From Planctomycetota bacterium (GTDB lineage Bacteria; Planctomycetota; Brocadiia; JAADGH01): DNA of 64,000 nucleotides. Shown here one piece after another: positions 29,573 through 39,932 of this stretch (the first letter of the stretch is position 1; the number at the start of each line of letters is the position of its first letter). A program made the translations under genes and the position numbers. The stretch spans positions 160,001-224,000 of the forward strand of contig JBFMAD010000001.1 of the NCBI GenBank assembly GCA_040755855.1. Reading direction: 5' to 3'. The notes below the pieces were generated by a model. That model saw nothing but the letters and a program-made list of their open reading frames with translations. It had not been told where the DNA came from and did no database searches.

Positions 29573-31174
29573 GTGGCTCATAGGCCGAACGTGGTTATCA
29601 TCCTGACGGATCATCAAGGCGTGGATTCGCTCGCGTGCTATGGCCATGAGCGGCACAGCCCGGCAACCGACCGTTTGGCAAAGGAGGGGATGTGTTTTAC
29701 CCACGCTACGACCACGACGGGCATCTGCGCCCCTGCCCGATGCGCCATGCAGACAGGATACTTTGCGCATTATCTGGGGATTCCAAACAACCTGTGGAGT
29801 TCCCGGCAGGTGGCGCATTCTCCGGGCTTGCTGGTTCCGCCCGAATTTGGAATACGCACGATTCCCTCCTATATGAAGGAAGCGGGCTATCTGTGCGGCC
29901 TGGTGGGCAAGCTCCACATGTCGGGCTCGCCCCCGAAGCATGGCTATGATGATTACCTGGATTTCCTCGGCGGCGCGAAAGACCGAAACCGGCACATCGC
30001 TCCGCGTCCTTTTCGCGACTATCTTGCCGCCCAGGGGGTGAAGGTCGAGGGGCCTGTGCGCGTGGATCAGGCGGAGCGAGGCATAAGGTTTTATCGCAGC
30101 GGCAAGTGGCATGCGATGAGCGCACGCCTGCTGGACTATGCGGCGGAGCACACCGGCGCGGCGTTCATCTTCAGCGAAGGCATCCGTCTCATCGAGGCCT
30201 ATGCGCGCACAGGCCAGCCTTTCCTCGCCCAGATTCACCTGAGCCAGGAGCCGCACTGGCCTTACATTGTGCCCGAGCCTTATGCCAACATGTATGACCC
30301 GGGCCGCATCCCGCCTTGGCCGAACTTCGACGACCAGTTGAGCCACCATCCGCTGACCCATCGCTTGCGCCGCGAAGCCTGGCTGACGCAGAATGAGCCA
30401 TGGGCGCGCTGGGCCGAATCCATCTCGAAGCATTATGGGATGTGCGCCATGGTGGAAGATCAGGCGGCGCGGCTGCTGGCCTGTCTCGATCGGCTGGGCG
30501 TGGCGGACAACACAATGGTCATCTGGACTGCCGACCACGGCGCACCCAACGGCGCTCACGGCGTGTTCGACAAGGACGCGCGCATGATAGACGAACTTTA
30601 CCGCATCCCGATGCTCGTTCGCTGGCCGGCCGGCAGCGTCGCCGCGGGCACAGTCAGCGATCAGTTCGTCCAGACGATTGACATCCTACCCACGCTGCTG
30701 GAGATGGCCAGAGCGCCTGTGCCGCCCGACCTGCACGGCAAGAGCATGCTGCCGATCCTGCGCGGCGACCCGGATGCACCGAAGCGCGACTATGCCTTCT
30801 GGACTTCAGGCGGCGACCCGTTTGCGTTGGCCTCTGTCCGAGGGATACGCACCGAGCGGTTCAAGTACATCTACAACGCCTATGACATGGACGAGTTCTA
30901 CGATCTTGAACTCGACCCGGCCGAAATGACCAACCGGATTGACGATCCGAAGTATCAGGACGAAATCCAGCGCCTGAAGAAACTCTTGCGGACCGAGATG
31001 GAGCGCACGGGCGACCCGTTGACGGCGTTCAGTGGCTGGCATCTGTTACGCGAAGGCGAAAGCCAACCGCCCGACACCGCCGAGTGGACTATCTCCCCAG
31101 GCGAGTCATATCCGCATGCGCCCGAAATGGTTCTCGCCGATCTCGGCTGTTACAAACTCCATCCCAAATCCTGA
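29573..31174 (+). CDS. Cys-type sulfatase
   Basis: RPNVVIILTDHQ, CAPAR (CxPxR), GKLH, PHWP, TADHG; no signal peptide. Confidence 0.93.
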   Translation: MAHRPNVVIILTDHQGVDSLACYGHERHSPATDRLAKEGMCFTHATTTTGICAPARCAMQTGYFAHYLGIPNNLWSSRQVAHSPGLLVPPEFGIRTIPSYMKEAGYLCGLVGKLHMSGSPPKHGYDDYLDFLGGAKDRNRHIAPRPFRDYLAAQGVKVEGPVRVDQAERGIRFYRSGKWHAMSARLLDYAAEHTGAAFIFSEGIRLIEAYARTGQPFLAQIHLSQEPHWPYIVPEPYANMYDPGRIPPWPNFDDQLSHHPLTHRLRREAWLTQNEPWARWAESISKHYGMCAMVEDQAARLLACLDRLGVADNTMVIWTADHGAPNGAHGVFDKDARMIDELYRIPMLVRWPAGSVAAGTVSDQFVQTIDILPTLLEMARAPVPPDLHGKSMLPILRGDPDAPKRDYAFWTSGGDPFALASVRGIRTERFKYIYNAYDMDEFYDLELDPAEMTNRIDDPKYQDEIQRLKKLLRTEMERTGDPLTAFSGWHLLREGESQPPDTAEWTISPGESYPHAPEMVLADLGCYKLHPKS

Positions 31175-31189
31175 GGAGCAGACCCCCCA

Positions 31190-34003
31190 ATGCGGAAGAT
31201 GCTGTTGTGGATGACTCTCATCGCCTTGTTGCAAACGTGCATGGCCGACGTTGAAATCATTCCCACCGGAGGTCGGAACATTTACCGCTTGGCGGTTGCC
31301 GAACTCGATGGCAATCCGACTGCCGGGGACATCGTCGGTGCAACCTACGATAACCGTTTGTGCGCGTTCGACGCGAACGGCAAACACCGGTGGGATGCGG
31401 CTGCGGGCGGCTTCGTCTTCGACCTCGCGGCGGGCGATCTTGACGGCGACGGGCGCGACGAAATCGCCGCCGCGTGCGCGGACGGATTCGTGCGCGTCTT
31501 TGACGCGGCAGGCAGGCTGCGATGGGAACATGACCTGCAAGCGCCGGTTCTTCAGGTCTGTATCGCCCGACTGGACGGCAAGACGCCGGTCGTGCTCGCG
31601 GGCGGCGTTTCACGCCAGATCGTTGTGCTCTTCCCGACCGGCCAACCGATGCGTAGCGTCAATCTCGACCAGGAAATCGCCAACGCGGCGGTGCGGATGC
31701 TCCGGGCCGGAGACTTCGATGGCGACGGCCAGGACGAAGTGGCCCTGTTGCCCATTCGCGGCCAGGCCCAGGACGTGCGGTTCCTAAAGGGGCCGGCGTT
31801 GGAACCCATGCCGAAGACGCGCATTCCGCTTCAGAGAACGGAGTATGTCAAGACCGCATCGGGCGCACTGGAACCGAAGGAAAGCAACGTGAAGTTCCGC
31901 AAAGGCGTCTTTGAGTGGAGCGGGAACACACTTAAGACAACCAACGGGCTTGTCGCCGATGTGAACGGCGACGGCGCGGCGGAACTGCTGTTGGGAGGAT
32001 GGGGTTACACGCTGAAGGGACCCGATGCGCCCCGTCGCGTGGTTGAACTGCCCGATCCGCCAAAGGTGTGGAGCTACGATTATCACTATCGCATGCGGTT
32101 CCTGGCTGCGGGCGATCTGACCGAGCATCCGGGCAACGAGATCGTCGTCGTGGAGGGCCCGGACGTTCAGCTTTGCCAGTCGGACGGCAAGGTGATCGCC
32201 GCGGCGCACGCGCCGTTCGGGTTCAGCGATGTGGTGTATGTGCCCGGCGCGCCGCATGGCTCGGTGATTCTCGGCTCCAGCCCGAACGGCGACGACAATC
32301 TTTACCGTGTCCGCTTCGGCGGCGATTGGAAAAAAGAGCTCGAGTCGCTGCCGCGCCGAGGCCGGATGGCAGACATTGAGGCGAACCTCCGTCACATCGC
32401 CGACGCCGCGGCGCGCTGGCAGGGTCCGCCGATGATCGGCGCCGACGGGCCGTACGACGTGGTGGTCAATCATTACTTTTGGAACGGCGGGCCGGACCTC
32501 AAGATTGTTGACCGTTGGATCGAGGAGGTTCGGTTCTATGAAAAGGCGTTTCCGTATTCGCGTCTGCGGTTCTCGATTGCCTTCTGGCCCGGCGAGAAGC
32601 TGCCGCTGATGCGGCCCGACGGCAAGGAGTGGACGCGCGACGCGCGGCTGGCCCACGACCTGACGCGAGAGCAGATCGCCGCCGGGGCGCGCAAGTTGGA
32701 GGAGGCGCGCTGCCATTTCTGGGTGCAGGTCGGCCATGGGTGCGCGCCGCATTGCAGCGTCGAGGCGGCGGCGGCGATTCTCGATGCGGCGCCGACCATG
32801 TGCCTGGGCTTCATCAGCGCAGAGGACGAGCAGACAGACCAGATAGCCTACTATCACGAGCATCACATCCAGCCTATTCTGGAGTTGTGTCTGAAGCACG
32901 GCAAACGCTTCATCCCGCGGAACAAGGCGCTGTGGTGGGTGTATTGGCCGGCGGAGCCAAATCTGCGCCGGACGATCTTCAACGGCAAGTATCGCTCCGT
33001 GCTGCTGCCCTGCGTGGAGGACAGCAACTCGATCACCGCCGACGCCCAATTGGCCGCACGCGTAGGGCTGTGGCTCGACGGCCAGGTGGATGACTGGTCC
33101 AGCCGGTGCAGCGCCGACTGGTTCTGCTTCAACCGATGTTGGGAGTGGGAATACGTCATGACCGGTCATCCGCACCTGCGCTACTATGTCTCGCAAGCAA
33201 TGCTCGGAGCGCGGGTGTTCATGATGCTCAATGGCGAGCGTGCGAACAGAAGCGGTGAATGGACGCGCGTCGGTCTGGAGGGCACAGCCAACTTTATGCA
33301 CCTGCTGGGCAAGGGCGTCATCACGCCGCCCAAACGCGAGCAGTTGCGCGCCATATCGCCCGTTGCGCTCAACATTCAGGACCCGAGCCTGCGTCTCGAA
33401 GTGCATGGGGCCAATGGTCACGCCGAGCAGGGCTGGAATCGCGACGGCACGGACACCCGGCCGTGGCCATTCGACCGCTTGGACTGCTATTGGGGCATGG
33501 CCCCGCTGCCGTTGACGGATGTGTCCACCTACCTCTGGGGGCGCACGCGCCGCGCCGCCGAACACGTGGCCGCCACCACGCCGCACGGATTTGTCTGTAT
33601 CATACCCGGTTCTGCGCCGCGCAAGGATGGGCCCTGGTCCTCGGTGTGGACGACTGACGGCGACTCGCTCTCCAAAGATGGGCAGAACCATTCGCTGGAA
33701 GAGGCGCGGAAACTGATCCTTGCCGACTTGGCCGAGGGCGAGAAACGGCTCTCGTTCCACGTCGAGGGCCGCGTCTTCCACCAAGTCGTCGAACAGGCGC
33801 CCGATCACTACCTCGTGGTCTTGATTGATTCCGGTTGGCTAGATCCGGCCGATCGGTTGGTGAAACTCTCCGCGCGAATCGCCGGACGATGGAGCGTCAC
33901 TGATCGGCTCAACAAACAGCCGATTGGTTTGCTCAACAATGATTTTTCGATTACTTTGCCGGCAGGAACGCTGCAAATCCTGGAGCTGCAACAGAGTCAG
34001 TAG
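31190..34003 (+). CDS. lambda-carrageenase-like (GH150-type) secreted glycoside hydrolase
   Basis: Signal peptide, FG-GAP-like N-terminus, 937 aa; motifs FWVQVGHG, ARVGLWLDGQVDDWSSR, LLGKGVITPPKREQL..SPVAL, FDRLDCYWG recall CglA family (from memory). Confidence 0.62.
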   Translation: MRKMLLWMTLIALLQTCMADVEIIPTGGRNIYRLAVAELDGNPTAGDIVGATYDNRLCAFDANGKHRWDAAAGGFVFDLAAGDLDGDGRDEIAAACADGFVRVFDAAGRLRWEHDLQAPVLQVCIARLDGKTPVVLAGGVSRQIVVLFPTGQPMRSVNLDQEIANAAVRMLRAGDFDGDGQDEVALLPIRGQAQDVRFLKGPALEPMPKTRIPLQRTEYVKTASGALEPKESNVKFRKGVFEWSGNTLKTTNGLVADVNGDGAAELLLGGWGYTLKGPDAPRRVVELPDPPKVWSYDYHYRMRFLAAGDLTEHPGNEIVVVEGPDVQLCQSDGKVIAAAHAPFGFSDVVYVPGAPHGSVILGSSPNGDDNLYRVRFGGDWKKELESLPRRGRMADIEANLRHIADAAARWQGPPMIGADGPYDVVVNHYFWNGGPDLKIVDRWIEEVRFYEKAFPYSRLRFSIAFWPGEKLPLMRPDGKEWTRDARLAHDLTREQIAAGARKLEEARCHFWVQVGHGCAPHCSVEAAAAILDAAPTMCLGFISAEDEQTDQIAYYHEHHIQPILELCLKHGKRFIPRNKALWWVYWPAEPNLRRTIFNGKYRSVLLPCVEDSNSITADAQLAARVGLWLDGQVDDWSSRCSADWFCFNRCWEWEYVMTGHPHLRYYVSQAMLGARVFMMLNGERANRSGEWTRVGLEGTANFMHLLGKGVITPPKREQLRAISPVALNIQDPSLRLEVHGANGHAEQGWNRDGTDTRPWPFDRLDCYWGMAPLPLTDVSTYLWGRTRRAAEHVAATTPHGFVCIIPGSAPRKDGPWSSVWTTDGDSLSKDGQNHSLEEARKLILADLAEGEKRLSFHVEGRVFHQVVEQAPDHYLVVLIDSGWLDPADRLVKLSARIAGRWSVTDRLNKQPIGLLNNDFSITLPAGTLQILELQQSQ

Positions 34004-34018
34004 TAGGGGAACGGGAGT

Positions 34019-35431
34019 ATGGAAGATTTCGCTCGCCATCTGATCTGTCGGCTCAGCCCCGATCAGATCGAGACGATCCACCGGAACATGCTCCGGATCG
34101 TCTCGGAAGTCGGCATGAAGATCGAGAGCGGCCCCATGCTCGACCGTATGGCCGAGTACGGCGGGATCGTGGACAAGGCCGCATCCATCGTTCGTTTCTC
34201 GCCCGAGTTTGTCGAGGCATTCATTGCGGACTCAGACAAGGTGGACTGGGACGCCATCGAGCCGCAGTTGAACTCATCGGGTGGGATGTATGTCGGTCGG
34301 TATCTCGACCCGGAGACGGATCGCTTCGAGCGATGGTCGGAGGATCGAATCCGAAAGTATGCGAAACTCGCCCACTACCTGCCGGAGATTGATGGGGTGC
34401 ACATGTTCGGCTGCCCGATCCAGGAGCTGCCCGCAGTGGCCCATCCGCTGTGGCAGCGCTACCTGGCCTGGAAGCATGGCGCTCGCAGCGGCGGCTCGAT
34501 CTGGGACATCCGTCTCTGTCCATACATCCTGGAAATGTGCGAAGTCATGGCGCAGGCCACGGGTAGGAAGCCATCGGACTATTTCGCCGGTGCAGTGTAC
34601 TTGAATTCTCCTCTCCGCCTTGCGGCCAGCGAAGCGGAGCACTTCCTCTATTTCACCGACCGGGGGATGACCGTCGGCATCGGCCACATGATGTCGGCGG
34701 GCGGGTCGGCGCCGACTACGCTTGCCGGGGCGATCACGCTCTTCCTCGCCGAGTCCATGTTCATCAACATCATCCGCCGCGCCTATTGCGGGGCAAAGAT
34801 ACTGTCAACGCCGTGCACCATCTCGGTCCTCGACATGAAGAGCCTGATGTATCCGTATGGGCGACCGGAGCGGGTGATCGCCAACGTGATGATGGCGCAG
34901 GTGGCGCGATGGTACGGCGCGTCCTACTCCGGCCACTGCGGCCACTCCGACGCCAAGAGGCCGTCGTGCGAGGCAGGGGCGCAAAAGGTGATGACGGCGC
35001 TGCCGGTCCTCATGGTCGGCGGCCGCGCATCCATCGGCGCCGGGCTGCTGTCGGTGGACGAGGTCTTCTCGCCGATCCAGATGATCCTGGACAATGAAAT
35101 CGTCGGCGCTCTCCGGCGGATCATTCGCGGATGTGAAATCTCCGACGAGACCATCGCGGTGGACCTTATCAAGGAAATCGGCCCCGGCGGGTTCTTCACG
35201 GACACAGACCACACCGCCCGCACCTTCCGCACGGAGCACTGGCAGCCGACGCTCTGGGCGCGCGAGATGTACGGGACATGGGCGGGCGGCGACACCAAGA
35301 CGGATCTGGAGCGCGCCGTGGACATCTACCACGAGATCATGGACCGGCTCGATCCGCCGAGGCCGATTTCGGACGAGACCGAAGAGATACTCCGGGCCAT
35401 TGTCGAGCGGGCCGTCCGTGATCTCTCCTGA
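34019..35431 (+). CDS. trimethylamine methyltransferase (MttB) family, non-pyrrolysine
   Basis: IHRNMLRIVSEVGM, NSPLR, GGSAPTTLAG, GHSDAK, QMILDNE, IGPGGFF. Confidence 0.88.
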   Translation: MEDFARHLICRLSPDQIETIHRNMLRIVSEVGMKIESGPMLDRMAEYGGIVDKAASIVRFSPEFVEAFIADSDKVDWDAIEPQLNSSGGMYVGRYLDPETDRFERWSEDRIRKYAKLAHYLPEIDGVHMFGCPIQELPAVAHPLWQRYLAWKHGARSGGSIWDIRLCPYILEMCEVMAQATGRKPSDYFAGAVYLNSPLRLAASEAEHFLYFTDRGMTVGIGHMMSAGGSAPTTLAGAITLFLAESMFINIIRRAYCGAKILSTPCTISVLDMKSLMYPYGRPERVIANVMMAQVARWYGASYSGHCGHSDAKRPSCEAGAQKVMTALPVLMVGGRASIGAGLLSVDEVFSPIQMILDNEIVGALRRIIRGCEISDETIAVDLIKEIGPGGFFTDTDHTARTFRTEHWQPTLWAREMYGTWAGGDTKTDLERAVDIYHEIMDRLDPPRPISDETEEILRAIVERAVRDLS

Positions 35432-35455
35432 TGTTTCCTGCTCACGGCCCTGCCG

Positions 35456-37834
35456 TCACTCCGACGCCGGCAGTGGCTGGGTATGTTTGCACTTGGGGTA
35501 CTTGGAGCAGCCGAGGAACCTCCCTCTCCGGCCGTCGCGTATGACCATCGGCGCACCGCACTCCGAGCATTCGACGTCGGTGACCTCGGGTTTCTTCCGC
35601 GGGGTCTGGGTCTCCTGGCCGCCCTCCTTCTTCATGTCCTCCGGCAGGGGCTTCGCGTTTCGACATCGGGGGAAGGCCGAGCAGCCGAGGAACGGGCCGC
35701 GCCGGCTGACGCGGATGACCATGGGTTTGCCGCATTTCTCGCACTTGATGTCAGTCTGCTGGGGGGGAGGCTTCGGGTCGCCGCCGTCAATGGGGCGCGT
35801 CCCCTTGCAGTCCGGGTATTTGGAGCAGCCGAGGAATTTTCCCCTGCGGCTCTGGCGGACCACCATGGGGCTTTCGCACTTCGGGCACTTGGCGTCGGTC
35901 GTCTCCGGTTCGGCGGGGGCGCCTTCCTCGTCGAGGGACAGGGTGAAATCGCAGTCGGGGTAACCTGAACAGCCGAGGAACTTGCCGCGCTTGCTCCAGC
36001 GCACAACCATGGGCTTGCCGCATTTTTCGCATTTCTGCTCGGCCATCTCCGCGTCCTCCTTTTCACTGGCCATCTCGGTCTTGGCGCGATCGAGATCGGC
36101 GCTGAATTTCCCATAAAACCCCTCGAGGATCTTTCGCCAATCCTCCCCCTTGTCTTCGATATGGTCCAGGTCCCCCTCCATGCGCGAGGTGAACTCGACA
36201 TTGAGGAGGTCCGGAAAATGCTTTACCAATTTATCGGTGACCAGGATACCCAGTTCCGTGGCGTGGAACTTGCGCTTCATCTGCCTGACATACCCGCGCT
36301 CCTGGATGGTGGAGATGATGGGGGCGTAGGTGCTCGGTCGGCCGATGCCGTTTCGCTCCAGATCGCGGACGAGGCTCGCCTCGGTGAAGCGCGGCGGCGG
36401 CTGGGTGGTATGCTGTTCGGGCACAAGTTCCTTCAAAACGAGGGGCTTTCCCTCCTCCAGTTCAGGGAGAATCTGTTCGTCCGCGCCCAACTGCAGGCCG
36501 GATAGGACGGTGTGGCCGTCAAAGAGCACCTCGCGCCCATTGGCCACGAAAGTCCCCTTCCCCGCCGAGATGTCGGCGCTGGTAATCCGAAAGACGGCAG
36601 GCTTCATCTGGCACGCGACGGTGCGCTTCCATATCAGCTCGTAGAGGTCGAATTGGTCCTGGGTGAGATATCGTCGGACGTCTTCGGGTCTGCGCAAAAC
36701 GCTGGTGCATCGGATGCCTTCATGGGCGGCCTGGGCGTCTTTCGCTGGGCGATAGCGGACCGGTTCATCCGGAAGGTATTGTGGGCCAAATTCCCGGGGA
36801 ATCAAGTCGCGGCACTCCTGGATCGCCTGTTCGGCAATGCGGCAGGAGTCGGTCCGCATGTAAGTTATAAGTCCGACCGGCCCTTCTTCGCCGATGTCTA
36901 TGCCCTCGTAGAGCTCCTGGGCGACGCTCATCGTCTTCCGGGTGCTGAAACGCAGGAGGCTCGACGCCCTTTGCTGGAGGGTGCTGGTGATGAAGGGCGG
37001 CGAGGGATGGCTTGTGGTCTCCTTTTTCGTCACGCTCGTGACGATGAACTGCTCCCCCCGAAGCACCCCCACAATCCTCCGGGCCTCATCTTCAGTGGCG
37101 ATGATGCGAAGCTTATCGGGCTCTCTGCTCTGCTCCGCTTCTTTGATTGTGTCGCCGGAAACATGCAGTTCCTGGCCATCGAAGGCGCGGAGAATGGCGT
37201 GGAAGCACTCCCCTTTCTCCGTGGGGCAGAGGTGGGCCTTGATGGTCCAGTAGTCCCTGGGCACAAAGGCCCGGATTTCCTTCTCGCGCTCGACGACAAG
37301 GCGCACGGCCACGGACTGCACCCGCCCGGCGCTCAGGCCCTTGGTGACTTTTTTCCAGAGAAGCGGACTGAGCATGTAGCCGACGATCCGGTCGAGGATG
37401 CGCCGCGCCTGCTGGGCGTTCACTTTGTTCATGTCAATCTCGCCCGGTTCCTGGAAGGCCTTCTGAACCGCCGCCTTTGTGATCTCGTTGAAGATGACCC
37501 GGTAGGCCCTGTCCTGCGGCACATGGAGCGCCTCAGCCAGGTGCCAAGCGATGGCCTCGCCCTCGCGGTCGAGGTCGGTGGCGAAATAGACGGCCGCGGC
37601 CTTTTGCGCGGCGCTTTTCAGAGTGGCGACGAGGTCTTTTCGTCCTCGCACCGTTTCGTAGGTGGGTTCGAAGCCGTGCTCGATGTCCACCCCCATGCGT
37701 CGCGGGGGCAGATCGCGCACATGACCCATTGACGCCTTGACGGTGTAGGCCGAGCCGAGGTAGCGGTTGATCGTCTTCGCCTTGGCCGGCGACTCGACAA
37801 TGACGAGTGATTTTTGCTTCGTGCTCCTGGCCAA
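35456..37834 (-). CDS. topA: DNA topoisomerase I with four C-terminal zinc ribbons
   Basis: LVIVESPAKAKTI, ATDLDREGEAI, SAGRVQS, LITYMRTDS, GIGRPSTY; 4 x CxxC...FLGCSxYPxC-type units. Confidence 0.97.
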   Translation of the reverse strand: MARSTKQKSLVIVESPAKAKTINRYLGSAYTVKASMGHVRDLPPRRMGVDIEHGFEPTYETVRGRKDLVATLKSAAQKAAAVYFATDLDREGEAIAWHLAEALHVPQDRAYRVIFNEITKAAVQKAFQEPGEIDMNKVNAQQARRILDRIVGYMLSPLLWKKVTKGLSAGRVQSVAVRLVVEREKEIRAFVPRDYWTIKAHLCPTEKGECFHAILRAFDGQELHVSGDTIKEAEQSREPDKLRIIATEDEARRIVGVLRGEQFIVTSVTKKETTSHPSPPFITSTLQQRASSLLRFSTRKTMSVAQELYEGIDIGEEGPVGLITYMRTDSCRIAEQAIQECRDLIPREFGPQYLPDEPVRYRPAKDAQAAHEGIRCTSVLRRPEDVRRYLTQDQFDLYELIWKRTVACQMKPAVFRITSADISAGKGTFVANGREVLFDGHTVLSGLQLGADEQILPELEEGKPLVLKELVPEQHTTQPPPRFTEASLVRDLERNGIGRPSTYAPIISTIQERGYVRQMKRKFHATELGILVTDKLVKHFPDLLNVEFTSRMEGDLDHIEDKGEDWRKILEGFYGKFSADLDRAKTEMASEKEDAEMAEQKCEKCGKPMVVRWSKRGKFLGCSGYPDCDFTLSLDEEGAPAEPETTDAKCPKCESPMVVRQSRRGKFLGCSKYPDCKGTRPIDGGDPKPPPQQTDIKCEKCGKPMVIRVSRRGPFLGCSAFPRCRNAKPLPEDMKKEGGQETQTPRKKPEVTDVECSECGAPMVIRDGRRGRFLGCSKYPKCKHTQPLPASE

Positions 37835-37992
37835 TGCTTCCCCTGAACCGACTTGTGATCGAATGCGGGACAGAAAAAGTGAGGCAGGATTCAAACATAC
37901 ACTCCCCCAATTGTCAACGTTTATTTTTGCGAAGACTCCACGCGGCGCGGTATAATGAGCGGCGGATTCCTGACCCGGAAGGGAGTAACCCC

Positions 37993-39813
37993 ATGAATCG
38001 CGTCCTGTGCGCGGCGGTCCTCATCCCGATCATCGCCTCTTGCGAGGCCGGGCCGAACCGCCTGAACTACTCCACGGTCGGTGTCTACGGTGAGTGCTTC
38101 GATTTCTGCGATTATAGCGTGTTCAAGATTCGTGTGAAGGATGATGCCTATTACCGGAAGATGGCCGAGCGCATCAACCAGGTCCATGCCCAGGGCAAGG
38201 CCAACCTCGTCGGACTCTACTGCTTCGACCGGCTCAATTACTCCCGACCCATCGAGGAGTACATCCAGAATGCCGATCGGATGCTCCAGGCCCTCGACCT
38301 GAAGAAGGTACACGCCGTCTTCCTGAGCGAGGAGAATGTGACTTGGAACAACGGACTGGAGATCCTCAACGCGCTCTACGATCACATCAAGGCGAGGCAC
38401 GGCATCCCCGTCTATCAATGGTACTCGATGCCGATGGTCGCGCACCCAAAGCAGCGGGCCGACGGATGGATCATAGACCCGTACGGCATGAAGGGGGACC
38501 AGTTTCGCAAGTATCTGATGAAGTACCTTGTCCTCGGCAAGCCGGTCATTAACTGCGCCTGGGCCTCGCCCGAAGGAAAATTCTCCGGCCGGGCCGACGA
38601 GCGCCTTGCCGCCACGCGCGAGCAGATCCCGATCTGCAGGGAGTTCAACGTACCGATGTTCTTCTACTGCGTTGATCCGAAGTTGGGGTCCCCCAACGCG
38701 TGGCTCAAGTCCGATGAACCGGAGGTCGCCAAGGTCCGCGAGTGGCTGCTCGATGAGATCAAGAAGATCAAGTCAATGCCTTTGCCGGGTAGTCTGCCGG
38801 AACTGTCCACCGGACGCCTGATTCCGGTCGCGGGAAATGCGCAGAACCTATATGAGTATGAGGAACGCTTCGAGACAATCGGCGAGGGATTCATTGAGGA
38901 CGCATGGATCGAGGACTTCTCGCTCCTGCGGTGGGACGGCGATCAAGCCGCACTGTATGTAACGGCGAGGCGATCCTCTCCTCCAACAGCAAGTCTAACT
39001 TTCCAATTCTCATCCGAGTTCGAGATGTCGTCTGTCAAGGCGACGCTTGAGGGTGAGATACTGAAGGAGGATGCAAGGGCATCGGTGAGCCTGCGCACCG
39101 AAGGCATGGAGTCCTTCCTCGGCGCCGGAGCACGGGGAAAAGATCAAAGATCGTTCCTCCTCACCGTGGATACGGACAGGGACGCGCCTTTCAAGGGGAA
39201 AGACAGGGGTAAGAGCTTCCAGGTTATGGTGACTTCGCTCGTCGGCAATGAACCAGGCGAGCAGGTTTTTTTCAAGCGTCTCCGAGTAACATGCCAGGTG
39301 GCGCCGCCTGCCCGGCGCGAGATCGTCATCTCGCCCGACGCCGAGGGGCGCGTGTTCTACTTCGACGATTTCCAAACCCAGAAGTTCATTCACCAGTGCG
39401 AGATACAGAACGTGGACCACCTCGAATGGCAGCGCGGCCACATCGGCACACACGGCGTCAAAGGGCAAAAAAACGTGGTTGCACTGAAACAGAAGTTTGT
39501 GAGCGAAGCACCCCTGTCGAACCTTCGCGTCTCCATGACCTCCACCGCCCACCGGGCGCTTGGGGCATACAATGTCCTCGGCCTGTCTCTGGACGGGAAG
39601 GATGCGCTCGTGACCAAGTCCACGCAAGGGCATGAGAACGAGAGCGGCGCATACCGAGGCGCGGTCGAGATTGATGCATCGCAGGACGAGCGCTTTCGGA
39701 ACGCGAAGGAGTTCTGGGTCCATCTCACCATGATCAACGGCTCGGCCGTCGCTTCCGGAAAGACGACGAACCGGATTCTGGAGTACCGGATCGAGGCGAC
39801 GGCGGCTAAGTAA
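37993..39813 (+). CDS. hypothetical exported protein (possible lipoprotein)
   Basis: MNRVLCAAVLIPIIASC signal; GGGAG RBS; TATAAT at 37951. Confidence 0.65.
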   Translation: MNRVLCAAVLIPIIASCEAGPNRLNYSTVGVYGECFDFCDYSVFKIRVKDDAYYRKMAERINQVHAQGKANLVGLYCFDRLNYSRPIEEYIQNADRMLQALDLKKVHAVFLSEENVTWNNGLEILNALYDHIKARHGIPVYQWYSMPMVAHPKQRADGWIIDPYGMKGDQFRKYLMKYLVLGKPVINCAWASPEGKFSGRADERLAATREQIPICREFNVPMFFYCVDPKLGSPNAWLKSDEPEVAKVREWLLDEIKKIKSMPLPGSLPELSTGRLIPVAGNAQNLYEYEERFETIGEGFIEDAWIEDFSLLRWDGDQAALYVTARRSSPPTASLTFQFSSEFEMSSVKATLEGEILKEDARASVSLRTEGMESFLGAGARGKDQRSFLLTVDTDRDAPFKGKDRGKSFQVMVTSLVGNEPGEQVFFKRLRVTCQVAPPARREIVISPDAEGRVFYFDDFQTQKFIHQCEIQNVDHLEWQRGHIGTHGVKGQKNVVALKQKFVSEAPLSNLRVSMTSTAHRALGAYNVLGLSLDGKDALVTKSTQGHENESGAYRGAVEIDASQDERFRNAKEFWVHLTMINGSAVASGKTTNRILEYRIEATAAK

Positions 39814-39932
39814 GTCCACCGCGCGGACAGAACAAATTCCCGTTTCATACCCCATTGATGCAACCCCAAGTTCAGGCTATAATGCCCCTCCATGTTGACC
39901 CAAAGGAATTGTGCCGCAAGGAGCCGAAAACA

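Noticed and set aside
34019..35431. Pyrrolysine recoding in MttB
   Set aside because: No in-frame TAG; His occupies the position.
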